IMG/VR virus record: IMGVR_UViG_3300025881_000008
Span: 1 to 64,000 of that record
Source of the DNA: a virus
Reading direction: 5' to 3' (one strand)
DNA length: 64,000 nt
Both the position numbers and the translations under genes were made by a program. Under the pieces are notes generated by a model. It was not told the DNA's origin. It did no database searches and saw nothing but the letters and a program-made list of their open reading frames with translations. This document shows, in pieces, positions 20,016 to 30,703 of this stretch (positions are counted from its first letter, which is position 1; each line of letters opens with the position of its first letter).

Positions 20016-21992
20016 TTATTTGTTAAATCTCTTTTTGAATGCATCTGCCATACCAGTCATATCATATCCTAAAGTTGATTTTGGCTCTTCAGTTTTTGAT
20101 TCACTAACCATTGCAACTTTTTCCATTTCAACTCTAGTATCTCTTAGATCTCTAGTTTGCCAGAAATTAGCAACTTGGTATTCGGTATTCAATGTGTGGT
20201 ATCTTGCTTGTGCAACAATTTGATTTTGCTTAGCTTCAGATAGATTAGTCCATGCTTCAGTATATTCTGCTGGCATAAGAGCAATAAATGCAGGCTGTGA
20301 TCCAGCGCTTTCAACTATAAGTTGTGCATTGTTCATTAAAGATACAATTTCAGACTCTGTCATAAAACCTCTTTTAGAAACTGTGTTTCTAACTTCAGTC
20401 TTAGCAGATTCAGTCAATGCATTGTACTTTTCTCTTGTTGCAGAAGAAACAACTCTAAAGAAAGATGGTGATTCATTTTCTTTTTTAGTTGCATTTTCAA
20501 CTAACTTATCTAATTTAGAAGAGATTTCTGATTTGTAAGCCTCTAAAGGATCTAATGCTCCTTCTTCACCTTCTGCTTCTTCTTCGCCTTCGCCTGCTTC
20601 AGCAGCTTCAACTTCGTCTTCGATTTCTGAATCAGATGTTTTAGCATCAGATTTTAGATCTTCAGCTTCTTCACCAGCTTCTTCGCCAGCAACATCACCT
20701 TCGGCTGAGTTATCTCCAGCTTCAACTTCTTCGCCTTCGATTTCTTCAACATCTTTACCTGCTTTTTCACCGTCAGCTGCTACTGCACCTTCTTCTGAAT
20801 TATCACCGATGTTTTCGATTTCTTCTGTATCATCAGCTTCATCGGCCTCTTTTGCAGGATCTTCTTCTTCAGTAACAACTGTTTCGTTTAAAGATTCTGC
20901 AATGTATTCAGCGTATTCAGAAACTGATTGTAAGTTTTCTTTTAAGTATTCAACATACTCTAATAAAGTAGTATGTGATGTAGCACCTTCATTGTGGGCT
21001 TCTGCTAAATAGTTAGCAAAGTCTTTAACTTTAGAAACTGCTTCAGCAACGTGCTCCGTATAAGAGATACCTTGATCTAATTTTTCAGCCAATGACTCAG
21101 AGTAAGAGATACCTTGATCTGCTTTTTCAGCAACGTGCTCTGTGTATTGAATAGACTCGTCTAATTTAGTAGCAACATAATCAACGTAGTCGGTTAATTT
21201 ATTAACGCTTTCTACAATATGATCATTGTGCTCCTTTAGATTGTCTACAGTGCTGTCTTCTAAAGCCTCTTCATTTTTGGCTTCGATAGACTCTTTTAGT
21301 GTCTTGATTTCATTCGCTAAATACTCAGAGTACTTATTGAAATCTTCAGATTTTACAAATTCTGCCATGTTTTTATTTTCTTTTATTTGTGTGTTTGTGT
21401 TTTCGATTGTGTCGATAGTTTCTAATGAAGTTTCGGGTTTTTTGTTAATTTCATAAATTGACAAAAGACCATCATTCTCATATCCATAAGATTCGTTAAC
21501 TCTCTTTAACTCAGCGTTTTCAAAACCTGGGTCAGCAACTAAATCATATGTGAATAATTGTTTAATTTTAACTTGGCCATTAGTTTCAACAACTCCGGCA
21601 GCTCTAGAAGAAATTTGTAAAGGAACTCCAGCATCAACTAATGCTTTAGCCTGACGACCAGCATCAGTATCTAATAATTTGATTCTACCTCTAACTTCTT
21701 TAGTTTCTTTATCATAAGTTAAATCCTCAATAACGTGAGATACATTCTTTAATGAAATGTCGAATTGTGCAGGGTGATCTAATTCACCTAAAAGCTTAGA
21801 AGCCTTTATTTTAGCCTGTAATGCCTCAATTTGAGGAACATATTCAGCTTCCGTATAGATACGGTTGTTTCTGTTTTTTTGATCGATTTGACCAAAAACA
21901 CCTTCAAGTACATAGTCTTTATTCTCTGACGTAGTAACATTCAGGGCAGAAGAAGACATCTCGACGATTAGTAAATCGTTAATATTGCTCAT
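20016..21992 (-). CDS. Prohead protease (gp21-like) fused to scaffolding/core protein (gp22-like)
   Basis: NRNNRIY, LGELDHP, ISSRAAG, YDLVADP protease motifs, followed by coiled-coil 14-aa repeats and an acidic region. Confidence 0.88.
   Translation of the reverse strand: MSNINDLLIVEMSSSALNVTTSENKDYVLEGVFGQIDQKNRNNRIYTEAEYVPQIEALQAKIKASKLLGELDHPAQFDISLKNVSHVIEDLTYDKETKEVRGRIKLLDTDAGRQAKALVDAGVPLQISSRAAGVVETNGQVKIKQLFTYDLVADPGFENAELKRVNESYGYENDGLLSIYEINKKPETSLETIDTIENTNTQIKENKNMAEFVKSEDFNKYSEYLANEIKTLKESIEAKNEEALEDSTVDNLKEHNDHIVESVNKLTDYVDYVATKLDESIQYTEHVAEKADQGISYSESLAEKLDQGISYTEHVAEAVSKVKDFANYLAEAHNEGATSHTTLLEYVEYLKENLQSVSEYAEYIAESLNETVVTEEEDPAKEADEADDTEEIENIGDNSEEGAVAADGEKAGKDVEEIEGEEVEAGDNSAEGDVAGEEAGEEAEDLKSDAKTSDSEIEDEVEAAEAGEGEEEAEGEEGALDPLEAYKSEISSKLDKLVENATKKENESPSFFRVVSSATREKYNALTESAKTEVRNTVSKRGFMTESEIVSLMNNAQLIVESAGSQPAFIALMPAEYTEAWTNLSEAKQNQIVAQARYHTLNTEYQVANFWQTRDLRDTRVEMEKVAMVSESKTEEPKSTLGYDMTGMADAFKKRFNK
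21040..21190 (-). repeat. 42-nt (14-aa) tandem repeats in the scaffold domain
   Basis: IQYTEHVAEKADQG / ISYSESLAEKLDQG / ISYTEHVAEAVSKV; DNA TAAGAGATACCTTGATCT recurs 42 nt apart. Confidence 0.8.
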
Positions 21993-22048
21993 ATTATTTG
22001 TTTTTTATATTTTTAATATATATCATCCTTTATTATTGAAATATCTTA

Positions 22049-22387
22049 TTATAATCCAGCGAGCGGGTCATCGCCTCCTTCGGCATCTCCTTCGTCTTCT
22101 TTTTCAGCTTCTTTTTCAGCTTCTGCATCTTCAGCGGATTTATCTAGATAGTATCCTACTAAAATATCCATTTCTCCTTCAGCAAACGCAGCTTCGCCAT
22201 ATTCGGTATAGAAGTATTGTTTGAATTCATCTTCTGTCTTAGCAGCAGTAATTGCGCCTAAGATTTCGGCAGATTTAACTTCTGGACCTGAATCCAATTT
22301 TAAATCATCTACAAATATCTTTGACTCTTCTCCTGCTCTTAACGCATCTTCAGAGATGAAATCTTCAAATGTTTTTATAATTTTCAT
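22049..22387 (-). CDS. Small acidic prohead core protein (gp67/68 position)
   Basis: Between portal and protease; N-terminal MKIIKTFEDFISE targeting-like motif. Confidence 0.6.
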   Translation of the reverse strand: MKIIKTFEDFISEDALRAGEESKIFVDDLKLDSGPEVKSAEILGAITAAKTEDEFKQYFYTEYGEAAFAEGEMDILVGYYLDKSAEDAEAEKEAEKEDEGDAEGGDDPLAGL

Positions 22388-22414
22388 AATTTATATATCT
22401 TTTTTATTCAAACT

Positions 22415-24007
22415 TTACATTGCGAATGGATCCTCGGGCTCTGGAGCTTCAGCATCCTTTTTCTTTACTTTAGATTTAGCCGCTTCATTAGCTCTAATCT
22501 CATCATCAGAAAGCTTAAGATATTTCTTAACTAAGTATTCCTGATCAAAGTAGTATTCCTCTTCCATAGTCTCTTGGTTGGTTGTCATCAATGAATCTCT
22601 CATTGTACCAATAAAGTCTAATCTCTTCTCCATTAATTCCATGTCTTTCAATTCTGAGAATACATTTTCTTCATTAAATCTTAATGCAATCTGTGATTTG
22701 AATTGTGGATCGTTTGTAAATTCTGGGTATTTAAGACACATTTGAATAAAAATAGGCTTAGCTAAAATTTCCATAAAGATAGATCTTAAACGCTTGATAA
22801 ATTTACCAAACTTAATCTCATCTCTAATCATACCATCAGCTGCTAGGTTAAAGTCTCCTCCACCATCTTCGTATAAAAATCTTGAGTAAGGAATTTTTGA
22901 AACGTGTTTTAATTTATCTGAGAAGTATTTAAGTGCTTCTGTATCCGAAAGATCTGGTCCTTCACTATTAAGAGTTTCAATTTCTGGTGATTCACCGTCT
23001 TTAGAAGGTAACCAGTACTCTTTAGAGAATTGCAACATTGGTTTACCATCTGTAGCCAAAGTACCTGATTCCCAATCAAAATCAACTGACTCTTTATATG
23101 AGTTCATTAACTGTGAAAGCGATTGTTTTGCTCTGGTCTTAGATTTACCACCAACTGGGATAACAAACTTCATTCTAAATGAAGCGTTAGTTACAGCCCA
23201 AATAACTCTGGTGTGTTCCATAATTCTTAACAAGTTAAATGCTCTTGTTAATCTCTCAATATATGAAACTCTTGATGCTGTAGTTATTGAAGAGTACGAA
23301 ATGTAAATGATCTGTGAATCGTAAAGCTTTCTTTCTTTAACTGGATCATCCTTATATTGTACCCAAACCTTTTTACCATCATCGTGATTATAACCGGGAA
23401 TAAGTGTAATAGGATCTAATTCTTTAAAACCAATTACCTCTTTTTGGTCGGGGGAATAAATTATTTCAAATGCAAGATAACCATCAATTAAGAATTTTCT
23501 AAAGAAGTACCATGCTGATTGATCAGAGTTAAAACCAAAGTAGTGATATATCTGTCTAAAGTATTTGTTAAGGTCTTTTTCAACTGCATCTGAAACATCT
23601 AATCCTAGAATTTCTGGATAACAGAAAAAGTTTTTCTCATCATATACAATAGTCTCATCACAAAGAATGTCTAGGATGTCTTCGATCTCATCATTAAGTG
23701 AAAACTTTCTAAGTTCATCTCTTTTACCAGCATATGATTGGTCGAAAAATGGAATATTAGATCTTAAATTAGTGTCTGTCATTGACATTGCTGCAAATGC
23801 ACCATAAATGTCATCGCTATCAACCCCAAATGGGTTCATTTGACCATAACCTATTTCGGCCTCCATCGGACCAATCGCCTGTGATTGTCTTAAGACTAGA
23901 TCATCATAACGCATACCAAATGAAGACAAAGACTTAAGAGCATTTGAAATGCTAAAAGGTCTTGATCCGTTGCTCAATGGTCCGTTTCTATCGGTAAATC
24001 CTGCCAT
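22415..24007 (-). CDS. gp20: Portal protein (T4 gp20-like)
   Basis: FRKFLIDGYL, EYWLPSKDG, EIETL, KIPYSRF, IRDEIKFGKFIKRLR. Confidence 0.95.
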   Translation of the reverse strand: MAGFTDRNGPLSNGSRPFSISNALKSLSSFGMRYDDLVLRQSQAIGPMEAEIGYGQMNPFGVDSDDIYGAFAAMSMTDTNLRSNIPFFDQSYAGKRDELRKFSLNDEIEDILDILCDETIVYDEKNFFCYPEILGLDVSDAVEKDLNKYFRQIYHYFGFNSDQSAWYFFRKFLIDGYLAFEIIYSPDQKEVIGFKELDPITLIPGYNHDDGKKVWVQYKDDPVKERKLYDSQIIYISYSSITTASRVSYIERLTRAFNLLRIMEHTRVIWAVTNASFRMKFVIPVGGKSKTRAKQSLSQLMNSYKESVDFDWESGTLATDGKPMLQFSKEYWLPSKDGESPEIETLNSEGPDLSDTEALKYFSDKLKHVSKIPYSRFLYEDGGGDFNLAADGMIRDEIKFGKFIKRLRSIFMEILAKPIFIQMCLKYPEFTNDPQFKSQIALRFNEENVFSELKDMELMEKRLDFIGTMRDSLMTTNQETMEEEYYFDQEYLVKKYLKLSDDEIRANEAAKSKVKKKDAEAPEPEDPFAM

Positions 24008-24030
24008 ACTATTATATTATTATGTTCTAT

Positions 24031-24657
24031 TTATATATCTTTCTTTTTTGAACGTGATTTTAAGTGCTCTATATAAGCTCTTTTAACTTCATTGATACCA
24101 ATTCCATAAAGGTCTTGGAAATCACAAAGTGCTATCTTTGCCCAGTGTTCATATGAGACCACTTTTTGATTTTTTTTCAATTGTGGTACATACTGTCTAA
24201 TTGCAAAATCAAATCCAAATTGAACTAAAAACTTTTTAATATCTTTATATATTAAATTAATTTCGCCTTGCGTTAATGCATTGTTCTCTTTAGATCTGCC
24301 TGTTTTAGATTTGATTTGACCTGCCATACGATCATAGATCATATCTAATAGATCTTCTTTAAATTGTACAGGTAACAAGTTTAAATTAATTCCAACATCT
24401 GTACCACTATCATGTGAGTCCAGTGCTAGTACCACTGGATTTCTATCCCACCATTCTAATGTTTTCATATGTTTTGGTTTTTCATATCTAAACACGTGAA
24501 TCATACCAGTCCTGAATGGTTTGCTATGATTTGCTACTGCATTATCTCTAATAGATTTAGACGCTTCATCAAACCACTTCTCAGCACTTCGGCGGGCTTT
24601 TGTTTTACTGCCTGCATCCTTGCTTAAGTTTTTAATATCCTGTTTAATCTTACCCAT
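24031..24657 (-). CDS. gp2: DNA end protector protein (gp2-like)
   Basis: FRYEKPKHMKTLEWWDRNPVV, GINLNLLP, AIRQY. Confidence 0.75.
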   Translation of the reverse strand: MGKIKQDIKNLSKDAGSKTKARRSAEKWFDEASKSIRDNAVANHSKPFRTGMIHVFRYEKPKHMKTLEWWDRNPVVLALDSHDSGTDVGINLNLLPVQFKEDLLDMIYDRMAGQIKSKTGRSKENNALTQGEINLIYKDIKKFLVQFGFDFAIRQYVPQLKKNQKVVSYEHWAKIALCDFQDLYGIGINEVKRAYIEHLKSRSKKKDI

Positions 24658-25130
24658 TATTTAAGAGACTTTTCAGTTAAGACAATAAACCTCCAACCTC
24701 TGTTTTCAGCCCATGCCTTAGCATATTTATATTTATCTCTGTTTTTTATGTACTGCTCTGCCAAAAACTTATAGGACTTAAGTGCTTTTTGGCTGTTCTT
24801 TGTAGGTGGTTTTGGTTTTGTAATCTGGGCTTCTGGTTTAATTTCTACTAGAAATTCTTCATCACCATCAGCACCTCTGGTTTTCATATAGAAGTCTGGA
24901 TAATATGTATGCTCCTTTTTATCAAATGAATACACATACCTAATCTCAACCGGTTCACTAGACCATTTAATAACGTCCTCTCTGCTATCACACATGATCA
25001 TGAATTTTCTTTCCCATGATGATCTGTAGATAATAGGAGTTGGGCCGATATACTTGTCTGGATGTTTAGGTGTAAAGTATCCTTGTATAAAGCCCGAATT
25101 ATTGCTTGGTTTGAGATTTTTTATAGACAT
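24657..25130 (-). CDS. gp4: Head completion nuclease (gp4, TnsA-like)
   Basis: PDKYIG, YRSSWERKFM, WSSEP, YYPDF, EIKP, LTEK. Confidence 0.9.
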   Translation of the reverse strand: MSIKNLKPSNNSGFIQGYFTPKHPDKYIGPTPIIYRSSWERKFMIMCDSREDVIKWSSEPVEIRYVYSFDKKEHTYYPDFYMKTRGADGDEEFLVEIKPEAQITKPKPPTKNSQKALKSYKFLAEQYIKNRDKYKYAKAWAENRGWRFIVLTEKSLK

Positions 25131-25507
25131 TAAATATTGAACATTCCACCGTTTTCACTGTCACCCCCTGTAGAGATGCGGTCAATTGATAATGTACCCT
25201 TATATTTTACGGGGTGTATTTTATTCCAGCCCTTTGCATATCCTCTTTTTGCTATCTCTGTGAAATATGCAAACGCGTTTGGATATTTAGGATTAAAATT
25301 ACGCCAATATTTTAAAAGATCTAACAGTGCAAATTGTAGACAATCATCACGATCATCTGAGTTTACATAATTAAGTCTATTGATTGCTCGCTCAGCAAGT
25401 AGTACTAGCATTTTCTCTGCAGTAGGTGTTAATTTATCCTGCTCTTTAGATTCTACAATTGCGTTAAATAGATCTTTATTATTTAGGTAATTCTTCTTTT
25501 TTGCCAT
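25130..25507 (-). CDS. gp55: Late transcription sigma factor (gp55-like), compact
   Basis: YLNNKDLF, LKYWRNFNP, NAFAYFTEIA. Confidence 0.85.
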   Translation of the reverse strand: MAKKKNYLNNKDLFNAIVESKEQDKLTPTAEKMLVLLAERAINRLNYVNSDDRDDCLQFALLDLLKYWRNFNPKYPNAFAYFTEIAKRGYAKGWNKIHPVKYKGTLSIDRISTGGDSENGGMFNI

Positions 25508-25535
25508 GTTATGTAATATGTTTAATATTATACTG

Positions 25536-25566
25536 AAAAAAGCCCAATTGTTTCCAATTGGGCTTT
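25536..25566 (-). terminator. Terminator overlapping the gp55 promoter
   Basis: Minus strand AAAGCCCAATTG-GAAA-CAATTGGGC-TTTTTT. Confidence 0.75.
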
Positions 25567-25587
25567 GTTTTATACTAGGTTAGTATT

Positions 25588-26772
25588 TTAAATAGAGTCT
25601 TCAGAAGAAATCTGAAGTTTATTTTTCTCTATTCTTAATGGTTCATCGTTTAAGAATACCGTTAAGATATCTGATTTACCTTTGCCTGTAAATTCTAAGG
25701 CATCAACTTTAACTTTAGTTCCTATTGGTAGGTCTTCAGATTCAACTGATAATTCTGCATCAACATAACCGTCATCCTTATTTAATAATTCTTCGTTTTG
25801 TAGGTCGTTCAGCTCTTCCGTGATTCTTGCAATTTCGCTATTTAATAACTGATCTGCTGCCTTAATATCTGGTAACATTCTATTAGCTTCAGACAATCTG
25901 CCTTTTTGATCTTTTAAGAATGCGATCATTTCATACATCAATTGAATTTTCTCCATCTTAGCAGTTCTTCTTTCTTTGTAAGATTCTAAAATGTCTTCAA
26001 CCATTGGAGTAATATCTGCTCCTGTATTTTCAGCTACATATTCAATTGCTGCATCGGCTAATAATTTTGTGAATTTTTCAATCTTAGTAGTTTCGTTAAT
26101 TCTGTAAACAAACATGTTGTTTTCAGCTCTCATTGCTAAAACTCTAACATCACCATCCCTAGACTCAGAAATAAATTCTAAGATGTTATAGTGGTTGTAA
26201 TTTTTAGATGCAAATTCAAATAAATTGATCAATGCTTTATCTTCATATCTAATGTAAGCTGCCGCTAACATAGACTCTGCTAAAGGTAAACCACTTGAAT
26301 ACGCTAATTCTACATTACCTGCATAAAATTTATTTTCTGCAATGCTATAAGAGAATTTAACAGTTACTGATTTTGTCAATACAGCTGCTTTTTCTGATTC
26401 TAAAACTGCTAGTTCTGATTCTATTTCAGAAACTGCATTAGTTTTACCCGATACTTTGTATGATTTAATGTTTCCTTTTAAGAATTCAATCTTTTCATTT
26501 AAACCAACTAGTTTGTCAAAGTTAACTAAAGATGATTCTTCAACTTTAGAAATAGTCTTCTTATTGTTATAGTCATAATAAAATGAAATGCCTTCATTAG
26601 TTATCGTAAACAACTCATTAGCTTTAACGAGTGATTTAAAATCTTCAGAAACATTTGTGTTTTTTTCGATATGACTGCCTGTCATTTTAAAATTTTGACC
26701 ACCTGCATGAAAAACAAAACCTTGGTTTGCTTTAATAACAGGTGAAACAATTCCTTTATTTACTTTTGCCAT
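25588..26772 (-). CDS. Hypothetical late protein (394 aa), probably virion-associated
   Basis: GATATATA late motif at 26793-26800; no family recognised. Confidence 0.6.
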   Translation of the reverse strand: MAKVNKGIVSPVIKANQGFVFHAGGQNFKMTGSHIEKNTNVSEDFKSLVKANELFTITNEGISFYYDYNNKKTISKVEESSLVNFDKLVGLNEKIEFLKGNIKSYKVSGKTNAVSEIESELAVLESEKAAVLTKSVTVKFSYSIAENKFYAGNVELAYSSGLPLAESMLAAAYIRYEDKALINLFEFASKNYNHYNILEFISESRDGDVRVLAMRAENNMFVYRINETTKIEKFTKLLADAAIEYVAENTGADITPMVEDILESYKERRTAKMEKIQLMYEMIAFLKDQKGRLSEANRMLPDIKAADQLLNSEIARITEELNDLQNEELLNKDDGYVDAELSVESEDLPIGTKVKVDALEFTGKGKSDILTVFLNDEPLRIEKNKLQISSEDSI

Positions 26773-26805
26773 TTGTGTTATTTAATTTTTAATATATATC
26801 TCTAT

Positions 26806-27885
26806 TTATTCTTTGAATGGTAAATCAGCCGACGTCACATCTGTGGCATCACCAAATAGAGGCTTATCTTTATCCATTGTACCTGCAGGTTGATCTGTAG
26901 TATTCGTAAATTTGAATATTCTATTTGAGTTCTTTCTTCTCTTAGAGGTTCTTAATAATTGAGAATTCGTGCTTAAAAGCGTTCCTAATCCATTCATATC
27001 AAATTCTGCATCATACCCGGTTTTTATCCACGATTGTGATTCCGTATTCCATGTCCAAATATTGTCGTCGCTGTCACAATATGTTAGTGGGTTAGGTATA
27101 TCCCCATCGTATATTTCAGATGGATTTAGAGTAACCAAATTAGGATCTCCATAATTACCACAAACTCCGTTCGAATAAACTGATCTTGTGAATTTAGTGT
27201 AAATATCCTCTTCGAAGTCAAATGAAGGTATAAATGAATTGATCTCTAGACTAAAGGTTATTTTATGATTCTCTTTATTGTCAAATCCATATTCAATTGG
27301 TCTTTCTTGTGTATAATCATCCGGCATCATATACTCAGACGATATTCTATATGTACCGTCTTCAAGATGGCCTGCGTCAACATGATAAAAGTTTGCCTTG
27401 TACATATTCTTAACAATAGACTCAGTGACTTTAAACATATCTAATTGACTAGATAATAGAATTTCAATGTCAACTCCGATTACTACTGGAATTATTTCAA
27501 ACTCAGCTACATAACCTTCCATTAAACCCTGAGAATTCATCATAGTGTAATTACCTAAGTTTCTTTTATTGATTAACTTAGAAGGATCTACTGCAAATGA
27601 AGTTAGATTAACAATACCTCTTGGTACTTTATCATAATTACCGTCAGCGAATTCGCCATTAGGTTCACAACTAATTCCATTCGCATTTGAGAATAGGAAA
27701 TTGTCTTTGATGAAATTTTCATCGCCGGCTACTGCATAAAAAAATGGCACATCTACAATAGCTCGTTCGTCATTAGAAATCTGTCTCCAAAAACTAAGCT
27801 TACTGTTTAGATCAGCCAAAAGTCCAACAATGATATGTCTAATAACACTATCGTCCTTATTATATTTAAGATTGTATGTTGCCAT
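26806..27885 (-). CDS. gp15: Tail sheath stabiliser/terminator (gp15-like)
   Basis: IRHIIVGLL, VDVPFFYA, KVPRG, DPSKLINK, PVVIGVDIEI pattern; start MATYN lies downstream of the late promoter. Confidence 0.65.
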   Translation of the reverse strand: MATYNLKYNKDDSVIRHIIVGLLADLNSKLSFWRQISNDERAIVDVPFFYAVAGDENFIKDNFLFSNANGISCEPNGEFADGNYDKVPRGIVNLTSFAVDPSKLINKRNLGNYTMMNSQGLMEGYVAEFEIIPVVIGVDIEILLSSQLDMFKVTESIVKNMYKANFYHVDAGHLEDGTYRISSEYMMPDDYTQERPIEYGFDNKENHKITFSLEINSFIPSFDFEEDIYTKFTRSVYSNGVCGNYGDPNLVTLNPSEIYDGDIPNPLTYCDSDDNIWTWNTESQSWIKTGYDAEFDMNGLGTLLSTNSQLLRTSKRRKNSNRIFKFTNTTDQPAGTMDKDKPLFGDATDVTSADLPFKE

Positions 27886-27920
27886 TAATAAAGTTATATT
27901 TGGTTTATATATCAACCATA

Positions 27921-29591
27921 TTAATCGATGGTTTCTATAGTAAATTTAGAAAACCCGTTCTCTCTGTATATCTGCAGCTTCTTATCGAAGATTTCATGTG
28001 GAAGGACAGAGTGATTAATAACAAATGTATTGATTTTATTCTCTTTAATAACCTGGTTTAAAATCTTTAATATATTATAAACACCATCATGATCCACTGA
28101 ACTCAATAACTCATCCAAGAATAGGAGATTTAATTGTGGAAATCTTAATTTAAGTATTTTGATAATGGCAATAATAATGATAAAGTCTGCTTTCTTACGC
28201 TCTCCAGTAGAAAGTGTCATTGGATTAATATCTTCACCTAGGTGGTTAATAATACAATTAAACTTCTCATCAAATCTAATATGGAATTGAAGGTGCATAG
28301 TTTGAGCCATAGCGGCGATATTACTATTAAGTCCTGGTAAAATAGTTTTAACTGCCAGGTTTTTAACACCATCTTCACCCAAAACTCTTTCAACTATTTC
28401 CATAAATGCATAATCTGCATTTAATGTATTCTTATTATCTGCCTTAACGCTTTCTTTAGCTTCAAAATCTTTAATTAAATTTTTAAGATGTGTAAATTGT
28501 GAATCGTTAGGTGCATCTTTTATTTTAAGTAACTCTGCCTTAAACGATTTCATATTATATTTAATATCGCTAGTCTTTTTCTCGATATCTCTTTTCTCAC
28601 CTCGTAAAGTTTCTATATTTGATTTAATATCATCTAGTGTTTCTTTAAGTGTTTTGATATTTTCAGTATCTGTTTCTATCTTAGCACAAAAATGATCTTT
28701 TTGATCCAAATGCCATTGGCTATCTAATTGAGTTTCACAAGTTGGACATTTACCGCTTTTGTATAATTCCACCTTTCTTTTAAGATATTCAATCTCATGT
28801 TTTAAGGCAGAAGCTTCAGATCTAGTAGTTTCAAAAGCATCAGTACTTTCACTAATTTTAGTGTCTAATTCCTGTTTGTCAATATCTAATAATTTAACAC
28901 TTTCATTAAGAGCAGTTAAATTAGATTTTAATTCATCAATTTTAGAATTATTTTGCTCTTGAGATTCTTCTAGCAGAGTATTAAGTTTACCTTTAACAGA
29001 TGCAATAGAATCAATAATCTGATTTAATTCAGACTCATACGAATCAATGTCCATCTTAATAGTTCTTCGTTCTGTCTTAATAGACATTTGCATATCATTT
29101 AGGATTGAAAAACCAAACATCTTATCGATGATTTGTTTCTTATCCTGGTTTGACATCGTTAAGAAAGATTTAAAGTCATTAACTGATAAGATAATAATAT
29201 TCTTAAATACATGATATGGGATACCAAATACCTCTTCTTCCAAATAGTCTTGTACTGATTTTTTACCAGCCTTATCGTACTCGATACCATTTAATTTAAC
29301 GCTAAATTTATTAGGTGATAAACCTCTCTCAATTTCAACACTAACGGTACCACACATTAAACCTATTTTAACATGTAATTCTTTATTAATTCTATTAGGA
29401 AGATCAGAAAGTTTAACACCCTCAACTCTACCATACAATGCATATATAATGGCATTGGCGATAGTAGTTTTACCATCGCCATTTTTACCTAATGTTAAAA
29501 ATAATTTAGATTGATCCTCTTCAAACTCGATTCTTTGTACTTGATTTCCATAAGAAGCAAAGTTCTTAAATTCTATGTAGTCTATTCTCAT
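27921..29591 (-). CDS. gp46: Recombination endonuclease ATPase subunit (gp46/SbcC/Rad50)
   Basis: GKNGDGKTT, zinc hook CPTC, LSTGE, LFLDE. Confidence 0.92.
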   Translation of the reverse strand: MRIDYIEFKNFASYGNQVQRIEFEEDQSKLFLTLGKNGDGKTTIANAIIYALYGRVEGVKLSDLPNRINKELHVKIGLMCGTVSVEIERGLSPNKFSVKLNGIEYDKAGKKSVQDYLEEEVFGIPYHVFKNIIILSVNDFKSFLTMSNQDKKQIIDKMFGFSILNDMQMSIKTERRTIKMDIDSYESELNQIIDSIASVKGKLNTLLEESQEQNNSKIDELKSNLTALNESVKLLDIDKQELDTKISESTDAFETTRSEASALKHEIEYLKRKVELYKSGKCPTCETQLDSQWHLDQKDHFCAKIETDTENIKTLKETLDDIKSNIETLRGEKRDIEKKTSDIKYNMKSFKAELLKIKDAPNDSQFTHLKNLIKDFEAKESVKADNKNTLNADYAFMEIVERVLGEDGVKNLAVKTILPGLNSNIAAMAQTMHLQFHIRFDEKFNCIINHLGEDINPMTLSTGERKKADFIIIIAIIKILKLRFPQLNLLFLDELLSSVDHDGVYNILKILNQVIKENKINTFVINHSVLPHEIFDKKLQIYRENGFSKFTIETID

Positions 29592-30703
29592 ATTTCGCTA
29601 CCATTATTATATGCACATTGATTGTACAGGATTTTAAGCTTTTCTTTTAATCTCTTTTTAGTTTCATCATCATCACCTAAACCATCAACGTAAACATTAC
29701 ATAAATTAAGTATACTATAATTCTTGTACATGTCTTCAACATCATCCATATCATAAAAATCCTTATCAATATAATTATCTTCATGATAAATGTTTGGTTC
29801 TAACTTTCTACTAATATTTTGGATTTTGTTTATTAAGTGGCTAAGTGCATTAGTTGTTGCAATCTTAGACGGTACAAATAAATCCACAAAATTATTTCTA
29901 ATCTGATTCTTAAATTGCCCCAGTGGCATATCATAAATCTGTAAGATGTTATACTTAATAAACTTAGGTGATACATCATTTGCAAAGAAAGTCTCTGACA
30001 TGTCTTCTAAATCAACCAGATCAAAGCCTTTTGTGTTATTAGCATCCGATCTTGTCAATTGATATGGTGTACCAACCATTAGAAGTTTTCCTCGTTCTTG
30101 TCTGAAGTGAATATGACCTGAATAAACTCTAGTATATTTGTCATATACATTAGAATCGGTGCCGTGCTCATTCTTAACCTTTGCATTTAGGTAAATACCT
30201 TTTACTTCTGAATGACAGAATACAATTTCAGCTGTAGGGAAATTAGCCAATGTTTCAGTTTCATGATCTGAATCTCTGCGCCACGGCATCATTAAGATTT
30301 TTCTACCTGACCATTCTAGCAATTTAGGTTCTTTATAAATCTGAACATTAGGAATCCATTTAAGAGAATCAATAGAAGTTACTTCATTAGAATTCTTAGC
30401 CCAAATATCATGATTACCACAAATAATGTGAACTGGCAGGATTTGCCCCAATCTTTCAAATAGATCTACTGCGTAATTTAGTACTTTTATATTAATAGAC
30501 TGTCTATTATCGAAAGTATCTCCTACTTGAATTAAGACATCTCCCGGCTTTACATTTTTCTTAAGAGTTGGAATAAAGACCTCTTCAAAAAATTGTTTTT
30601 GAATATCTAGCCATTCTACAGAATTGGCTCTTACACCAAAATGTAAATCACCTAATACCCAAACTCGGTTGGCTCCTTTTTTTAAAGTTGAAACATCTAT
30701 CAT
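29588..30703 (-). CDS. gp47: Recombination endonuclease nuclease subunit (gp47/SbcD/Mre11)
   Basis: GDLHFG, GDTFDNR, GNHD, SGHIH. Confidence 0.92.
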   Translation of the reverse strand: MIDVSTLKKGANRVWVLGDLHFGVRANSVEWLDIQKQFFEEVFIPTLKKNVKPGDVLIQVGDTFDNRQSINIKVLNYAVDLFERLGQILPVHIICGNHDIWAKNSNEVTSIDSLKWIPNVQIYKEPKLLEWSGRKILMMPWRRDSDHETETLANFPTAEIVFCHSEVKGIYLNAKVKNEHGTDSNVYDKYTRVYSGHIHFRQERGKLLMVGTPYQLTRSDANNTKGFDLVDLEDMSETFFANDVSPKFIKYNILQIYDMPLGQFKNQIRNNFVDLFVPSKIATTNALSHLINKIQNISRKLEPNIYHEDNYIDKDFYDMDDVEDMYKNYSILNLCNVYVDGLGDDDETKKRLKEKLKILYNQCAYNNGSEI

